From Octopus vulgaris (lineage: Eukaryota), in the NCBI GenBank assembly GCA_951406725.2, contig OX597821.1, forward strand, positions 49,910,001 to 49,974,000: a stretch of 64,000 nucleotides of DNA, given 5' to 3'. Made by a program: the position numbers and the translations under genes. Of the stretch, positions 1-12,785 are shown piece by piece (within the stretch, counting starts at the first letter, position 1; each line of letters opens with the position of its first letter). The notes beneath the pieces were generated by a model. The model saw only the letters and a program-made list of their open reading frames with translations, did no database searches and was not told the DNA's origin.

Positions 1-352
1 TACAAAACATATTTAACTGTATATAGTGCTCCAAGAATTATACAAAATATTGAAACTTGCAGAGAGCTGCACTCTGTGTTAATTGCAGTGTTGCTGGAGA
101 AGCTGTAAATATATTGCTTAGCTAGCACTTCATTAATTGGTGTCACATTTGATGCCTGTCTACACAAAAAATGTCATTAGAAATTTAGATCTTCCAATAT
201 TTATGCTTTGATGTTATCACCCAATGTACTAGAATTAACAGCCTGATCTTCCTCCGATAATGTTCTGCCAACTTAAAAAGGAAGTGGAACTCACACATTG
301 GATAACATTGTCAGAAATATTCTCAATATACCTGGGGAAAAGAAAAGATGGG

Positions 353-2389
353 GGATTTTTTAAAGTTTGGCTGCCAATTTCCAAAAATTCCAAGTTTATT
401 GAAAATTTTAAAATTTGTTACATTAACCCTTTCGTTACTATATTTCTGACCAAAATAACCCCTAATGAGTTTCAATTAAATTCTAAAATAATCATGAATT
501 TAGGCTTGTTTCATTAAATAACTGTAACTTTTTTACTTATCAACATTTTAATGTGATATTTGGAACATAATTAAAGGAAGGGTTCTTAATCAATTCTATT
601 GCATAACTTTTGTCTCAAAGTGACTTTAATTACAGGTAAATCCAGGTAAATTGAGCAAAAGGTAAAAATATTAAAATTTTAAATTGAGCAAAAGGTAAAA
701 AATTAAAATTTTGTTTAAACATCACTATAGAAAATGAATCATCAGCTAATATTCAAATGGGTATGCAACAAAATTTTGATAAAGAAGAATTGTGCACATC
801 ACTAGATCATCAGTTGAATTTAATGCACAACAGGTGTACCATAAAGGTGGAATAAACTGAAATATTGGAATCCACCGTAAGTTTGACCGAACTAAAGAAA
901 TCGGTCAAAAAATAATATACGGCCCTGGTTATGGAATGGAAGTGATAAATTCCAGACCACATCGTTCCCTAGGCCATGCTGACTAACATTATTTTCCCTG
1001 TATAAAAACTAAATCCACGCAGTACCCAGTATTTGCTTCACAAATTTCCCAAACTTTGAACCCCGATTTTGGGTTTGTTTACAATCTGCGTAAGTTTGTT
1101 TCCGAAGTGATCGCTTAAAACTAGCATACTGAAAAAAATAAAAGTCTAATGGTTTCACTTCCTAAGAAAGGCTATAGATAAACTTTATCTCCTCAGAAAA
1201 ATTGCTAATAAAAACATTTTAAAAGTTTTTTTACTTCATTCCGATGTAAAATCGTCTTCGCTGTCGCCTTCGCCGCTTTGTTTCTTCGAAAGGCGCTGCT
1301 TTCATTTTCGGATAAAAAAATATTCATTATTTTGTACACCACGTGCTTTAGTACCTATTTCATTCTTTTTCTCGATATCTCCCTATTTTCCGTTGACAAA
1401 GCTTTAAATTCGGAATCAATGCTTGATAACATGAAACTCCTATCCATTTTCAAAGTTGAAGAAAAATCGATGCCGAAAAACATGTGGAAAAAAATCTCCC
1501 AAAATTCACTGAGTTGAGATATCACTTCAAGCAATGTCGGATACTATAACTTAACTATTTACAATGTGAAATCACATGCCTTAACGAATGTACCAACGAG
1601 ATTTGGGTTCAAATTTACATTTAAATAACAATGGGTTCTAACGGCTGGGTATGGCCGGGTTGGTACTTTGAACCAAAAAATTTTTCGGCCAGCTACGGCC
1701 GGGTTAGTATCGAAAGGGTTAATGTAGTTTTCAAAGCTGAATCTCAGGATATATTTCACTTTTTCCAGAAAAAGCTTTTAAAAACGTTATAGAGGTTTAA
1801 AGTGTGATCATTTTCACCCAGTCAGGAAACAGGATTTAGGAGCTGTCATTTTGTGCGTGACATGTTTTAATGTGAAACTAAATAAATCAACTTTTGCTTT
1901 ACACACAACATATAACCCCTCATAACTTTTTTTGATTTTTTTAGAATTTTCAGAAAATGTTTGTGAATTTGTATTCTACACTTGGGAATTCATACTATCA
2001 TGCAAAGACCAAAAAAACAAAAAATATTGTGGGGTGCATGATATAAAGCCTATTTGGTTGTTATTTTTAGCACATCTCTCGACCAGGGTACAAACAGCTG
2101 AACACAGCATAGAATATATTTGTCAACATGTGCTATCTTGCAGACAAAAGAGTTCTCATGTTTGGCTTGTTACTATGTAAATAGGCATGAATGTAACCAT
2201 GGCTTATGATTGGCTAAAATTACCCAAAATTTTCAAACTTTAAAAGCTATTAATTCTTTATTTATTGATTTATTGCAAAAATGTATTTCAAAGTAGTGAT
2301 TAGCATATAAAATCATATTACACCAAATATGAAATCATTTTAAGCAGGAATGAAGAGATTGAAAATTGGCGGCCGAACTGAAAAGAACC
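353..2389. mobile_element. Non-autonomous TIR DNA transposon (Mutator/Merlin-like, 8-bp TSD) carrying a nested piggyBac
   Basis: Imperfect terminal inverted repeats GGATTTTTTAAAGTTTGGCTGCCAATTT ... AAATTGGCGGCCGAACTGAAAAGAACC; direct repeat AAGATGGG on both flanks (345-352, 2390-2397). Superfamily assignment is tentative. Confidence 0.75.
427..1718. mobile_element. Non-autonomous piggyBac-like element
   Basis: TTAA on both sides (423-426, 1719-1722); termini CCCTTTCGTTACTA / TAGTATCGAAAGGG are inverted repeats with one mismatch; no intact transposase. Confidence 0.85.
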
Positions 2390-2749
2390 AAGATGGGATT
2401 TTAACAGCTGGAACACCTTTTATCATAGGTCTGTTCCGTCAGGGTTGACCTGGAGCTAAATAATCCTTTTTACTCTAGGCATAGTGCCTGAAATTTTGGG
2501 GAAGAAGCTAGTCAAATACATTGACCTCAATGTTCAACTGCTACTTGTCTTTTCAACCTTGAGAGGATAAAAGGCAAAGTCAGCTGCATTGGAATTTGAA
2601 TACAGAACATAAAGCAGTAAGAAATGCTGCTAGACAGTTTGTCGGGTGTACTAACAATTCTGCCACCTCATTGGAACTAAATAGTGACCATGACTACAAT
2701 ACCAACTTCTAACTCTGATTTTAACATTGTATTATTATTATTATTGCAG

Positions 2750-2945
2750 AATAACATTGTCACCAAATTGCTGGCAGAACACAACAGTTCATTCCGTCTG
2801 ACTTGCATAGCCGTCTATGTGAAATCTTCTGACAGTAAATCTAAAGAATCAAAGCCTAGAAAGGAAGTATCAACAAAAGAAACTGAAGTTCCATCTCAGG
2901 ATGAAGAAACAACTAAGCGTAAAGTTATTTCACTTGAAGATAAAG
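2750..2945 (+). CDS. PAK1IP1: Penultimate coding exon of PAK1-interacting protein 1 (Mak11-like WD40 ribosome biogenesis factor)
   Basis: Acceptor ttgcag, donor AAG|gtaag. The translation NNIVTKLLAEHNSSFRLTCIAVYVK... resembles the final WD strand motif of PAK1IP1/Mak11 (LLxExNxxxRLTC), followed by a charged tail. Phase 0 to phase 1. Confidence 0.75.
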
Positions 2946-3211
2946 GTAAGGATAAAATCTATTTTGTCTTGTTTGTCAATTTCTGTAACAAGAAACTAAA
3001 AAAAATGTGTGTATTTGTGTGCTTGTTATTATGGCACCAGATGTCTTGAACTATTAAAGAAGCACTCCTTTTTTTTTTTTTTTTTTCTTTATACTTTGCT
3101 GTGTTCCTCAATAGTGTAATGTGCTGAAACTGATCTAAACGCTCTGCTGCTGCTGCTGATTTAAGTGAGCATCAGAGCAGCAATTTTGAGGATATTATGG
3201 TGGAGGGTTAG

Positions 3212-3634
3212 GTACCTATTTCTTTATTACCCACAAGGGGCTAAACACAGAGGGGACGAACAAGGACAGACAAACGGGTTAAGTCGATTATATCGACCCC
3301 AGTGCATAACTGGTACTTATTTAACCGACCCTGAAAGGATGAAAGGCAAAGTCGACCTCAGCGGAATTTGAACTCAGAACGTAGTGGCAGAGGAAATACC
3401 TATTTCTTTACTACCCACAAGGGGCTAAACACAGAGAGGACGAACAAGGACAGACAAACGGATTAAGTTGATTATATCGACTCCAGTGCGTAACTGGTAC
3501 TTATTTAATCGACCCCTAAAGTATGAAAGGCAAAGTCGACCTCAGCGGAATTTGAACTCAGAACGTAGTGGCAGACGAAATACTGCTAAGCATTTCGCCT
3601 GGCATGCTAACGTTTATGCCAGCTCGCCACCTTA
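3212..3634 (-). mobile_element. tRNA-headed SINE (Meta-domain-like core) with internal ~184-bp tandem duplication
   Basis: Head GGCGAGCTGGCA...GTTCAAATTCC; core GCCTTTCATCCTTTC.GGGTCG; units 3213-3396 and 3397-3580; TSD TGGAGGGTTAG. Other copies lie at about 2470-2670, 14995-15200, 23090-23290, 39995-40190 and 59452-59650. Confidence 0.8.
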
Positions 3635-4027
3635 TGGAGGGTTAGTTACCATACCACTAATCCCCACTTCCTTCCTATATCAGCACCTCCCATCCCAGTA
3701 TTTTACTGGTACCATAGGATTTGAACTGAGAGCTTAAAAATGCTGGAAGAAATACTACAAATGTCTTTTTTCTAAAACTGTAATGATTCCGCCAGTTTCT
3801 ATATAATGGTTTCTAATTTAAGCACAAGGCCACTAATTATAAGAGGAGTTTAGTCAAATTTCCTGTCACAGTACTTGGCAGATACTTTATCCCCCCCACT
3901 AAAGAAACAGGATGTAAGGCAGTAGAACTCTGAGTAATAAAAGGAAGAAATGTCATTAAGCATTTTGTCTGACGTGCTAATAATTTTGCCAGTTTGTCAC
4001 CTTACTACCAATAAAAATTGTTTCTAA

Positions 4028-4510
4028 CATCATCATCATCATTTAACGTCCACTTTCCATGCTGGCATGGGTAGGACGGTTTGACTGAGGACTGGCAAAC
4101 CAGATGGCTGCACCAGGCTCCAATCTGATCTGGCAGAGTTTCTTCAGCTGGATGCCCTTCCTAATGCCAACCACTCCGAGAGTGTAGTGGGTGCTTTTAC
4201 GTGCCACTGGCACGTAAAAGCACGTGGGCCAGTCAGGCAGTACTGGCAATGGCCACACTCAAATGGTGTTTTTTTTACATACCACCTGCACAGGAGCCAG
4301 TCCAGTGGCACTGGCAGCGCCCTCACTCGAATGTTGCTTTTCAAGTGCCACCGGCCCAAGTACCAGTAAGGTGACGCTAGTAACGATCATGCTTGAATGG
4401 TGCTTTTTACGTGCCACTGGTACGGGAGCCAGTCAGCGGCCCTGGCAACAAACACACTAGGATGGTGCTCTTAGCGCTCCACTAGCACAGATACCAGTCA
4501 TGTGGCGCTA
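4028..4510 (-). mobile_element. RTE-related SINE-like repeat with AGGAAGGGCATCCAGC motif and (GAT)n tail
   Basis: Same family as 5111-5535, 6640-6800, 9020-9335, 9335-9510 and 13320-13470. Confidence 0.7.
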
Positions 4511-5110
4511 TCATCGAATTTGATAAAAACAGAAATTCTGAAATGTCAATTAAATCAACCTCAGTCTTTGAGCAGCACTTTAGTTTATTAATCTCAGAAT
4601 GATAAAAAGCTAAATTGAGAATAGCAGGATTTGAACTCAAAATGTAAATGCCACAGTGCATCTTACCTAGCATGCTAATGGTTCTGCCAGTTCACTGCAA
4701 TAATAATTCTTTTTCGACTAAATGCTTTCAATATATAAATTAATGCCTATTCTCACAAAATAAAAAATGCTACCTTTCATGCCTACTCATGTACTCGATT
4801 GTATATCTATAAGTGATACAGTTGATTTTTTTTATAACATGTACATTGAGTTTTATGCTTCTTTGGGGAAATCTAAGACCAAATCATATCCAGAGTTGTT
4901 CCCCTTATGTTTTTGTGTTGATTAATCACATTATAATTAATTTATAAATAGGTTTTAATGATCACTGCATTATATGTAACACATTTAACAAAATGCTTTT
5001 AAGTTTTATTATATATATTGATATATAATAGTGTCCTCCTCTTTGCTGCTTTAGTCGCAATATTTTAGCCATTATACCTGCTGATCTTCAGTTGCCTTCT
5101 GTATTTGGTA

Positions 5111-5662
5111 ATCATCATCATCATCATTTAGCGTCCGTTTTCCATGCTAGCATGGGTTGGACGGTTTAACTGGGGTCTGTGAAGCCGGATGGCTTCATCA
5201 GGCCCAGTTTGAGCTGGCAGTGTTTCTACGGCTGGATGCCCTTCCTAATGCCAACCACTCCGTGAGTGTAGTGGATGCTTTTTACGTGCCACCTGCACAG
5301 GTGCCAGACAGAGCTGGCAAACGGCCACGAACGGATGGTGTTTTTTCGTGCCACCGGCACGGGGGCCAGGCGAGGCTGGCAACGGACACGAGCGGATGGT
5401 GCTTTTACGTGCTACCGGCACGGGGGCCAGGCGAGGCTGGCAACGGACACGAGCGTATGGTGTTTTACGTGCCAACGGCACGGGGGCCAGGCGGAGCTGG
5501 CAACGGACACGAACGGATGGTGCTTTTACGTGCTAATGTTCTTGGGATTTAGAACCGAATCCATTATTAAATCCAATGGGAGTGAATGGGGATAGATCGT
5601 TCTCATTCTATTGGCCAACCCATGCTAGCATGGAAAACGGACGTTAAACGATGATGATGATG
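5111..5662 (-). mobile_element. RTE-related SINE-like repeat with internal ~59-bp minisatellite and an inverted copy of its tail
   Basis: About 4 units of GGTGCTTTTACGTGCCACCGGCACGGGGGCCAGGCGAGGCTGGCAACGGACACGAACGGAT (5273-5533); 5113-5160 and 5615-5662 are inverted repeats. Confidence 0.7.
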
Positions 5663-5786
5663 AACTGAGTGTTGTTTGGCTAATACAAGGCTTGAACACA
5701 GCTCCACTTAGTAACCCACTACACTTTAACACTAATCATTACAAGTTCAAATTCCATTAAGGGTCAATTAAAAGAAGTATCAGTTA

Positions 5787-5950
5787 ACCCATTAGCATTC
5801 AGATTACTCTCTCTAACATAATGCCTATTTATTCACATTTTAAAAAATTAATCGTCCATTATTTGGTAGATATGAGAGACTAGATCTAGCTGGTTTGAAT
5901 ATAAAATGTAGAATATTTGGACAAGATATAGCTGGATTAAATGCTAAAGG
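5787..5950. mobile_element. piggyBac-type MITE
   Basis: TTAA-CCCATTAGCATT ... AATGCTAAAGGG termini. Confidence 0.55.
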
Positions 5951-6207
5951 GTGATGAAGTTGATTTAAATTGACTATATTTCTTCCAGAAATGGCCAACT
6001 TTTACCTTTGTGAAAAAGATATTTCTTTCATTAAGACAGCAAATTGGCAGAATCATAAGCATACTGGACAAAGTGCTTAGCAGCATTTCATCTGGTTTTT
6101 GTATTTTGAGTTCAAAGTCAGCCAAGGTTCACTTTGCTTGAGCACTGGAGCCAATGTAATCAATTCTCCACATAATTAGCTGGCCCTGTACCAAAATTTG
6201 AAACTAT

Positions 6208-6518
6208 TATCACCTCTGCCTTAGTGAAGGCAGAGGTATTGTTTTCAGTCATATTTGTTTGTTTGTCCATAGACAAGATATCTCAAGGACCACTGGATAG
6301 ATTCAGATGAAACTTTCAGGGATGTTTGGCCTCATGACTGGCATGAACTGATTATATTTTTGGATCGATCCGGTATCAGACAATGATTCTGGATTCTCGT
6401 TTGTGAGAGCAGTCAAGTTTATTTCAGATATTCTCATTTTAAAAATCATCTCCAGCTAATCATTGAGAGGACGTTGGTGTTGAATTGGCAGAGGTTTGCG
6501 CTCTCTTAGTGCTCTTGT
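6208..6518 (+). mobile_element. Helentron-associated non-autonomous element (HINE/DINE-like)
   Basis: 5' ACCTCTGCC..GGCAGAGGT subterminal hairpin, (TTTG)n, and 3' GGCAGAGGT followed by a GCGCT..AGTGC stem. Confidence 0.6.
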
Positions 6519-7659
6519 TATTGCTATGAAGGTGGAAGCTGATGAAATGGCAGAATTGTTACAGCATCAGACAACAATACTTTCCAGTCCTTGTTATGGC
6601 TCTTTACATTAATCATTATTTAACATGCTGTCAAACTGTCTTATCCATGCCAGCATGAGTAGGACGGTTTGACAGGGAATTGGCAAGCAGCAGGGCTGCA
6701 TCTAACTCCAGTGTCATCTTTCGCATAGTTTTTGTGGCTGGATGCCCTTCCTAATTCCAATCACTTTACAGGGTACACTGGGTGCTTTTGCCATGCCACT
6801 AGATCTAATGATGTTGCTATGTAACTTGCAAGAAAAAGAAGGAAATAGAAAAGAGGAAGTTCTAAGGAGAAAATTCTGAGTTTAAGTCAGCTTTTCCTTT
6901 CATCCTTTCAAAGTTGATAAAATAAAGTACAATTCTCAGGAGCAATATAAAATTATTACCCTTCTCCATACCCAAATTTCAAGTCTAGTGTTTAAGCTAG
7001 AAATGGTTATGAGAGTTGTAGCAGGTAATATCAGTTTCTACTCTGGACAAAATGCTTGCATTATTTAATAACTTTCTGAGCTCAAATCTTATTAGGAGTC
7101 AACTTTGTCATTCCTCCTTCTTAAGTGATTATAAGTACCATTCGTTTGCAGGAGTGGAGAGTGAATATAATCAATGGCAATACATCTTACATGATATTAT
7201 GCTACGGCTAGAAAGTGTATGTAAGAACCTCTTTATTAAATTCCAAACTCTAAATTAATTGACAAAGTTTATTTTACTAAATCTCACTTAATTGTTGATT
7301 ATAGTGTTTTATTCAAAATCTGGTCATGAAAAAATTAATTCATCACTCAGAGCAGAGACAAAATTCTAAAAGCTTTTAGAATAAAGCCTCCTGAATAGAA
7401 TAATAGAATAAAGCCAGCAGATTCAGTTTAAATCATTATTATCACAACTTTGGTGAACAGACTGTATGATCTATAACTTCAACAACTAAGCTTTTATTTG
7501 AAAATTTTTCTGAAATTGATCAGAAAATATACTGGGTGTTTGGACTAGATTTGGCAGTTTGCTTAAAAGGAAAAGTAATCACAATATCCCTTCCAGAAAT
7601 TAAAGTATTTGAAAAATTTCAAAAACTATCAACCTGATTATGCCTTGAAGAAAACAATT

Positions 7660-8035
7660 TATTCAAGGTAGCCTTCAGCTTCTGCCATGGCCTCAAGGCA
7701 GCTCTGGAACGTGGTGCATGTGTTCCTCACTGTTTCACTGGGAAGATCTTCAAACACCTCCTTGAACTTGGCCTCCAATTGACCTTGGTGTTGCAGGGAG
7801 TGTGGTTAGTATCTTACTGAATATCATCCTATCCATGGTATTACAATTGGGGGGATTAGGAGGCCATAACTTGATGGCAAGGAGCCAAATCCTGCTGCCA
7901 CACATATGGTCTTCCAGCAGCAACCCTCTCCAACCAAGGGTTAAACAGTTTCCAGCAGCTTCACATAGCTGTCTAAATTAAGCTTAAGGCCCTGTTTGAA
8001 GATGTGGGGATGAACACTAGCATGCAGACACAATC
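7660..8035 (-). mobile_element. Decayed maT (DD37D Tc1/mariner) transposase fragment
   Basis: Minus-strand translation includes VAAGRPYVWQQDLAPCH and WPPNPPNC motifs. Confidence 0.65.
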
Positions 8036-9539
8036 AGAATACCTTCTGTCTCTTTCTTCATAGACTCTGTTGCAGCTATGTCATATTTTACAGCTTTTAC
8101 AGTGTTCACAGGGTATTGAGCAGTAGTCATGATGTTGGCATTTTTATATAAGTGGGATGTTCAGCTCATGATTGTAACATTTTGGGTTCAATTCCTGCAC
8201 AGGTGGCATGTTGTTGTGTTCTTGAACAAAGTACAATATACTCCAGTCTGCTCAGCTTTAATGAGTATCAGCTGGGTGCTGATGCAATTCTCTTCTTTTG
8301 ATCTCGTATATCCTGGCTGTTCTTCTGACTCAAGGAAGTGAGGTTGCAAAGAGGTCGTGAGTCTGCTTGTGACTACTTAGACACTTGAAATAGGGAAAAC
8401 ATGATGCATACTCCTCTAAGTCATATCCACAAGCGATGGCTGACTGTATTGTATTGGATGGAGGAAATGGTTATAGGATAGAATTTCCAAAAGTGAATAT
8501 TGAGTACAAACAGACCTATGTTAAAGCATGTGGGTTATATGTCATCATGATCGTATTATTTTTCTAATCATTAAGTCCACACCAATATATTTAAGGTCGG
8601 GAAGGGCTCAGCTGCTAAAATTGATAGCTACATCAGCTGGCTGCAAGCCTAAGCCAGATCCGTTTAAAAACAGGTTTGATATTTCAGTGCTCTTTCTTTT
8701 ATTACTTTGCATTGCATTCACATCAAATGTCACTTTTTCGCTGGATCTTTTGACATAACTAAATATAACCTACCGAGTGTAATTGTAGTTTGACAGAAAT
8801 ATAGTAACAAAAAGGGTTAAACTGTTTCAACTAATTGTCTAGATCACTGGTTGTGATTAACACTTCCTGCTGGCAAAAATTTCACCTGCTAGCACTGTCA
8901 TGAAGAACCTATACAATAAATACAGTTTAGCTCTTTAGTGCTTGGATTACTCTGTCAGTTGTAATACTTATTAGCATTGTTTTGAATTATCATCATCATC
9001 ATCATTCGCCTTTCTAGCACTTGTGCCCCGTGCTAGTAGGGTGCTAAGAGCACCATCCAAGTGTGATCGTTGCTAGAGCAGCTAACTGGCTTCCGTGCCG
9101 GTGGCATGTAGGAGGCACCATTTGAGCGGGATCATTACCAGCATCACCTTACTGGCACGTAAAAGCACCCACTACACTTTCGGAGTGGCTGGCGTTAGGA
9201 AGGGCATCCAGCTGTAGAAACTCTGCTAGATCAAGACTGGAGCCTGGTGCAGCCATCTGGTTCGCCAGACCCCAGTCAAACCGTCCAACCCATGCTAGCA
9301 TGGAAAGCGGACGTTAAACAATGATGATGATGATCATCATCATTATTTAAAGTCTGTTTACTATGCAGGCATGGGTTGGACAGTTTAATAGGAGCTGGCC
9401 AGCTGAAGAGCTGCCAGGGCTCCACATCTATTTTGGCATGGCTTCTATGGCTGAATGCCCTTCCTAACACTAACCACTTTACAGAGTGTACTGGGTGCTT
9501 TCATGTGGAACTGGCAACCATGCATTCACAAGATTAGGA

Positions 9540-10145
9540 TCAGCTAAAGAAGAATGTAGAAGACATGCCTAGATGCGAGGACAACCACTCTCTTCTCAAG
9601 CACAGCAAACCACCAGAAGTCTCAGTTCCTTGTCATACCCACTGTGAGGCCCAGTGTCTTAAGATCCATTCTCACCACTTTGTCCCTTGGCTTCCTGGGT
9701 TTTCTCCTTCTATAAGTTCCCTTCACAATTAGATTGGCACTTCTTGATGCAGCTCTCCTCATGTATGAATTACATAACCATACCAGCACAGTCTTTTCTG
9801 TATACTACATCTAATGCCTCATATCTATTTTTTCTCTCAAATCACTTACAGAGTCATATATTACCAACCAAATGGAGCATGCTGACTTCATTTCTTTGAA
9901 GCCTTCACATGTCCTCAGTAGTCACAGCCCATGTTACACTGCAATGTAGCATGGCTCTTCCTATGCCTGCATCATGCAATCTGCCTTTGTTACTAACAGA
10001 GGTAGTAAACTCTCTGAACTTTTCCTTATCCATTCTTATTCTAGCAGCTATACTTTCAGAACAACCTCCACCGCTGCTAACCTGGTCACCTAAGTAATGG
10101 AAACTGTCTACTACTTCTAAGGATCCTCACTAGCATTTGAAGGGG
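9540..10145 (-). mobile_element. Decayed RTE LINE fragment
   Basis: Minus-strand remnants such as EVVDSFHYLGDQVSSGGGCSESIAARIR and EMKSACSIW. Confidence 0.55.
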
Positions 10146-11411
10146 TTAATCTTGCATTATCTTGTAGCATTAAGATTTCAATGAAGTGGAAGGCTGAATA
10201 TGGCCAGTTTAATTGCTAAAGTGTTAAATCGTTAAAAACCTAAATATCTCTATGAATTTGTAAGTTTAAAGACTCACTTTTTTGTCTTTTGCTTTTCAGT
10301 CATAGATGCAACCCCACAGGCCCTTATACACTCGCAATTATTCTTAGGCATTGTAGCAAGTCATAAAAGGTGGCAATATGACGTAATGGTCATTTGCCTG
10401 AACAAGCATAGTTGTTGGTAATCCCATTGGTTAAAATTACTGCCCATATACAAATTCTAAACTTTTGTCAAAAAGATTTTTCACAAAATATGGTTCCTAG
10501 AATTCGGATATGAGCGGTTATAAATACCCTGATTTAGGGGAAATTACTCAGTGTTTGTAGGATGTTACTAAACTCCATGACACTCACTCATTGAGATATT
10601 GGCTATTTTTTATGCCATGTCTATAATAAAAATCCAACAAGACTTATTTGAATTGTTGTGAACTCTAGTAGTTAGTATGAAGGATTAGCTAGTGTGAATT
10701 TTAAGTCATAATTCTCTACAACAAAATGGCTTTACTTTCCAATTGTACTATAAATGCTAAACGTACATAAATAAACTCATGTAGTAATTATTTTCTCTTT
10801 CTTCACATTCTTCAACTTGTTAATGAAATTTATTTCTGCAATTATGAAACTGTATTTTTTTATAGTGGTTAAAAGAACACAAATTTATTTATCTTCAACA
10901 TACATGCATGCATAAAATACCCATTAGCATTTCAGAGTATATATTTCTCGCTATGGCATTTATGTAGTTTGTGTAGCTGGAGTCAGAATTTATGTATAAT
11001 GATAAGTAAGTTATAAGTGATGTGTTTATCAATATGTATTCCTACTTCAAAAGTAAAATATATTTATTATCTATTTCCAAATAGGAAACATATAAAAGTA
11101 GTGTTACACAAATAGTAACCAAACCGGCTATAAAAGCATTAAAGTTGTCCCTTATCTTGGTTTAGGTCCTTAAAAAATAATTATGAACTCTTGCATTAGT
11201 GTAGTCATTACCCTTCTGAAAGGGTGAAGGAGGCTAAGTTGACCCCTAAACTTAAAGCAGAAAGAAATAATGTTGAATACTGTTAAAAATTTAATCTGGT
11301 GCTCTACCAGTCTCTACTACTACTACCATTACTGACACTAATACTGTGTATGTTTGTACTGAGATTTGTTTAGAAATTAAAATCTGAAACTGTTTTGTTT
11401 TTTGTTTACAG

Positions 11412-11473
11412 AAGTGGGGAAACACAAAAAGACGAAGAAGAAAAAGAAGACAGCTATAGAAGTCATTCAATAG
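11412..11473 (+). CDS. PAK1IP1: Terminal coding exon of PAK1IP1-like gene (EVGKHKKTKKKKKTAIEVIQ*)
   Basis: Acceptor ttttgtttacag. Phase 1 joins the 2750-2945 exon in frame and gives a lysine-rich C-terminus like that of PAK1IP1. AATAAA follows at 11498-11503. Confidence 0.75.
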
Positions 11474-11479
11474 TCAATG

Positions 11480-11485
11480 TTTATT
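11480..11485 (-). promoter_or_regulatory. Candidate polyadenylation signal of CIB1-like gene
   Basis: First canonical AATAAA on the minus strand downstream of the CIB stop codon (11691). Confidence 0.45.
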
Positions 11486-11497
11486 GTATATTTTGTA

Positions 11498-11503
11498 AAT
11501 AAA
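11498..11503 (+). promoter_or_regulatory. Polyadenylation signal of PAK1IP1-like gene
   Basis: AATAAA about 25 nt after the stop codon, with T-rich sequence downstream. Confidence 0.6.
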
Positions 11504-11690
11504 ATATATTGATTTACCATAAAAGCTTTGTTACATTTACTCTTTCTTTCCTTCAGAAACAGCTGCTTGGAAAAATCTTGTTTGCTTTTACTTGTAACCA
11601 CAGATAAATGTGCCATTAATGGCTTGAATTACCAACTGCTGAGAGCATAATTGTTACAGTGTATTTCAGATCATCATCATCATTCGTTAT

Positions 11691-11712
11691 TCATAATCGG
11701 ATGCTGAAGTAT
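11691..11712 (-). CDS. CIB1: CIB1-like calcium- and integrin-binding protein, last coding exon (EYFSIRL*)
   Basis: Acceptor ttctag; phase 2; completes PEFLEYFSIRL*, matching the CIB C-terminus (PDFxxxFxIxL/I). Confidence 0.85.
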
Positions 11713-12420
11713 CTAGAATTTACCAAAGTTTGTAGAAAGATAACATTTCTTTTTTTGTTGTTGTTTGTGATTTTGTTTGACATTTAAAAACATTTGTGTA
11801 TGGTCAAACATATTTTAATAACTGAATATGTTTGAGTTAGTATTTATATTCATAGATATGAAAACGGAAGTTAGAGGATGATGGTGTGTGTGTGTATAGT
11901 TCAGTGCCAATGAGTGGCTTATTATAGTGTTTCACTAACATTGCCAATTCTTCAAGCAGGAGTAGTCTATTACTGTTAGAGAAACTGGCAACCTGTTAGG
12001 AAAAACTTGACCATAATGGATTAGTAGATCAGACTAAATCTAATACACTCTACTTTGGCATTGAGTACTTTTTCTTAGGTTCATTGTGCTTTGTCAACAT
12101 GCACAGTTGTTATTTACATAAGAGGGTAAAATTTATATATTTGGAACTTTAACATCAATTGTTGTTTTTACTGCAAAAGACTGATGAGGTGGAGTGCATG
12201 ATTGTATGTTTCAATTCCTGTTATGTAATTATTTCTGCAATTTGATGAAACATGTGTGTCCTATAAAGCTTTGAATACCATACCTGTTACCTGCATAATT
12301 GTTTATGTATACATACATATGTGTGTATATATATATATATTTTATAATTATAGGCCACTCATTGGCACTGAACTATATAAACATACATACACACACACAT
12401 ACCATCATCGTCTTCTATTG

Positions 12421-12785
12421 GTGCAGGCATGGCTGTGTGGTAAGAAGCTTGCTTCCCAACTATATGGTTCCAGTTTCAGTCCCACTGCATAGCACCTTGG
12501 GCAAGTGTCTTCTACTATAGCCTTGGTCCAACCAAAGCCTTGTCAGTAGATTTGGTAGACAGAAACTGAAAGAAACCCATTGTATATATAGATATATGTG
12601 TGTCTGTGTTGGTTCCCCCACCACCATCACTTGACAACCGATGTTGGTGTGTTTATGTCCCTGTAAGTTAGCAGTTCAGCAAAAGAAACCAATAAAATAA
12701 GTACTAAGCTTACAAAGAATAATTCCTGGAGTCTATTTGTTCGACTAGAGGCTACAGTCAAATGACTGAAACACGTAAAAGAATA
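12421..12785 (+). mobile_element. Major tRNA-derived SINE (box A TGGCTGTGTGG, box B GGTTCAGTCCC, internal microsatellite, CR1-like tail)
   Basis: Diverged copy of the most abundant repeat family in the window. Confidence 0.8.

Noticed and set aside
295-345. Minus-strand micro-exon with acceptor ttttccccag
   Set aside because: The pyrimidine tract appears to be part of an old repeat split by the 353-2389 element, and there is no recognisable protein.
5273-5533. CRISPR-like regular array
   Set aside because: Units are contiguous with no unique spacers, there are no cas genes, and the array lies inside a eukaryotic SINE-like repeat.
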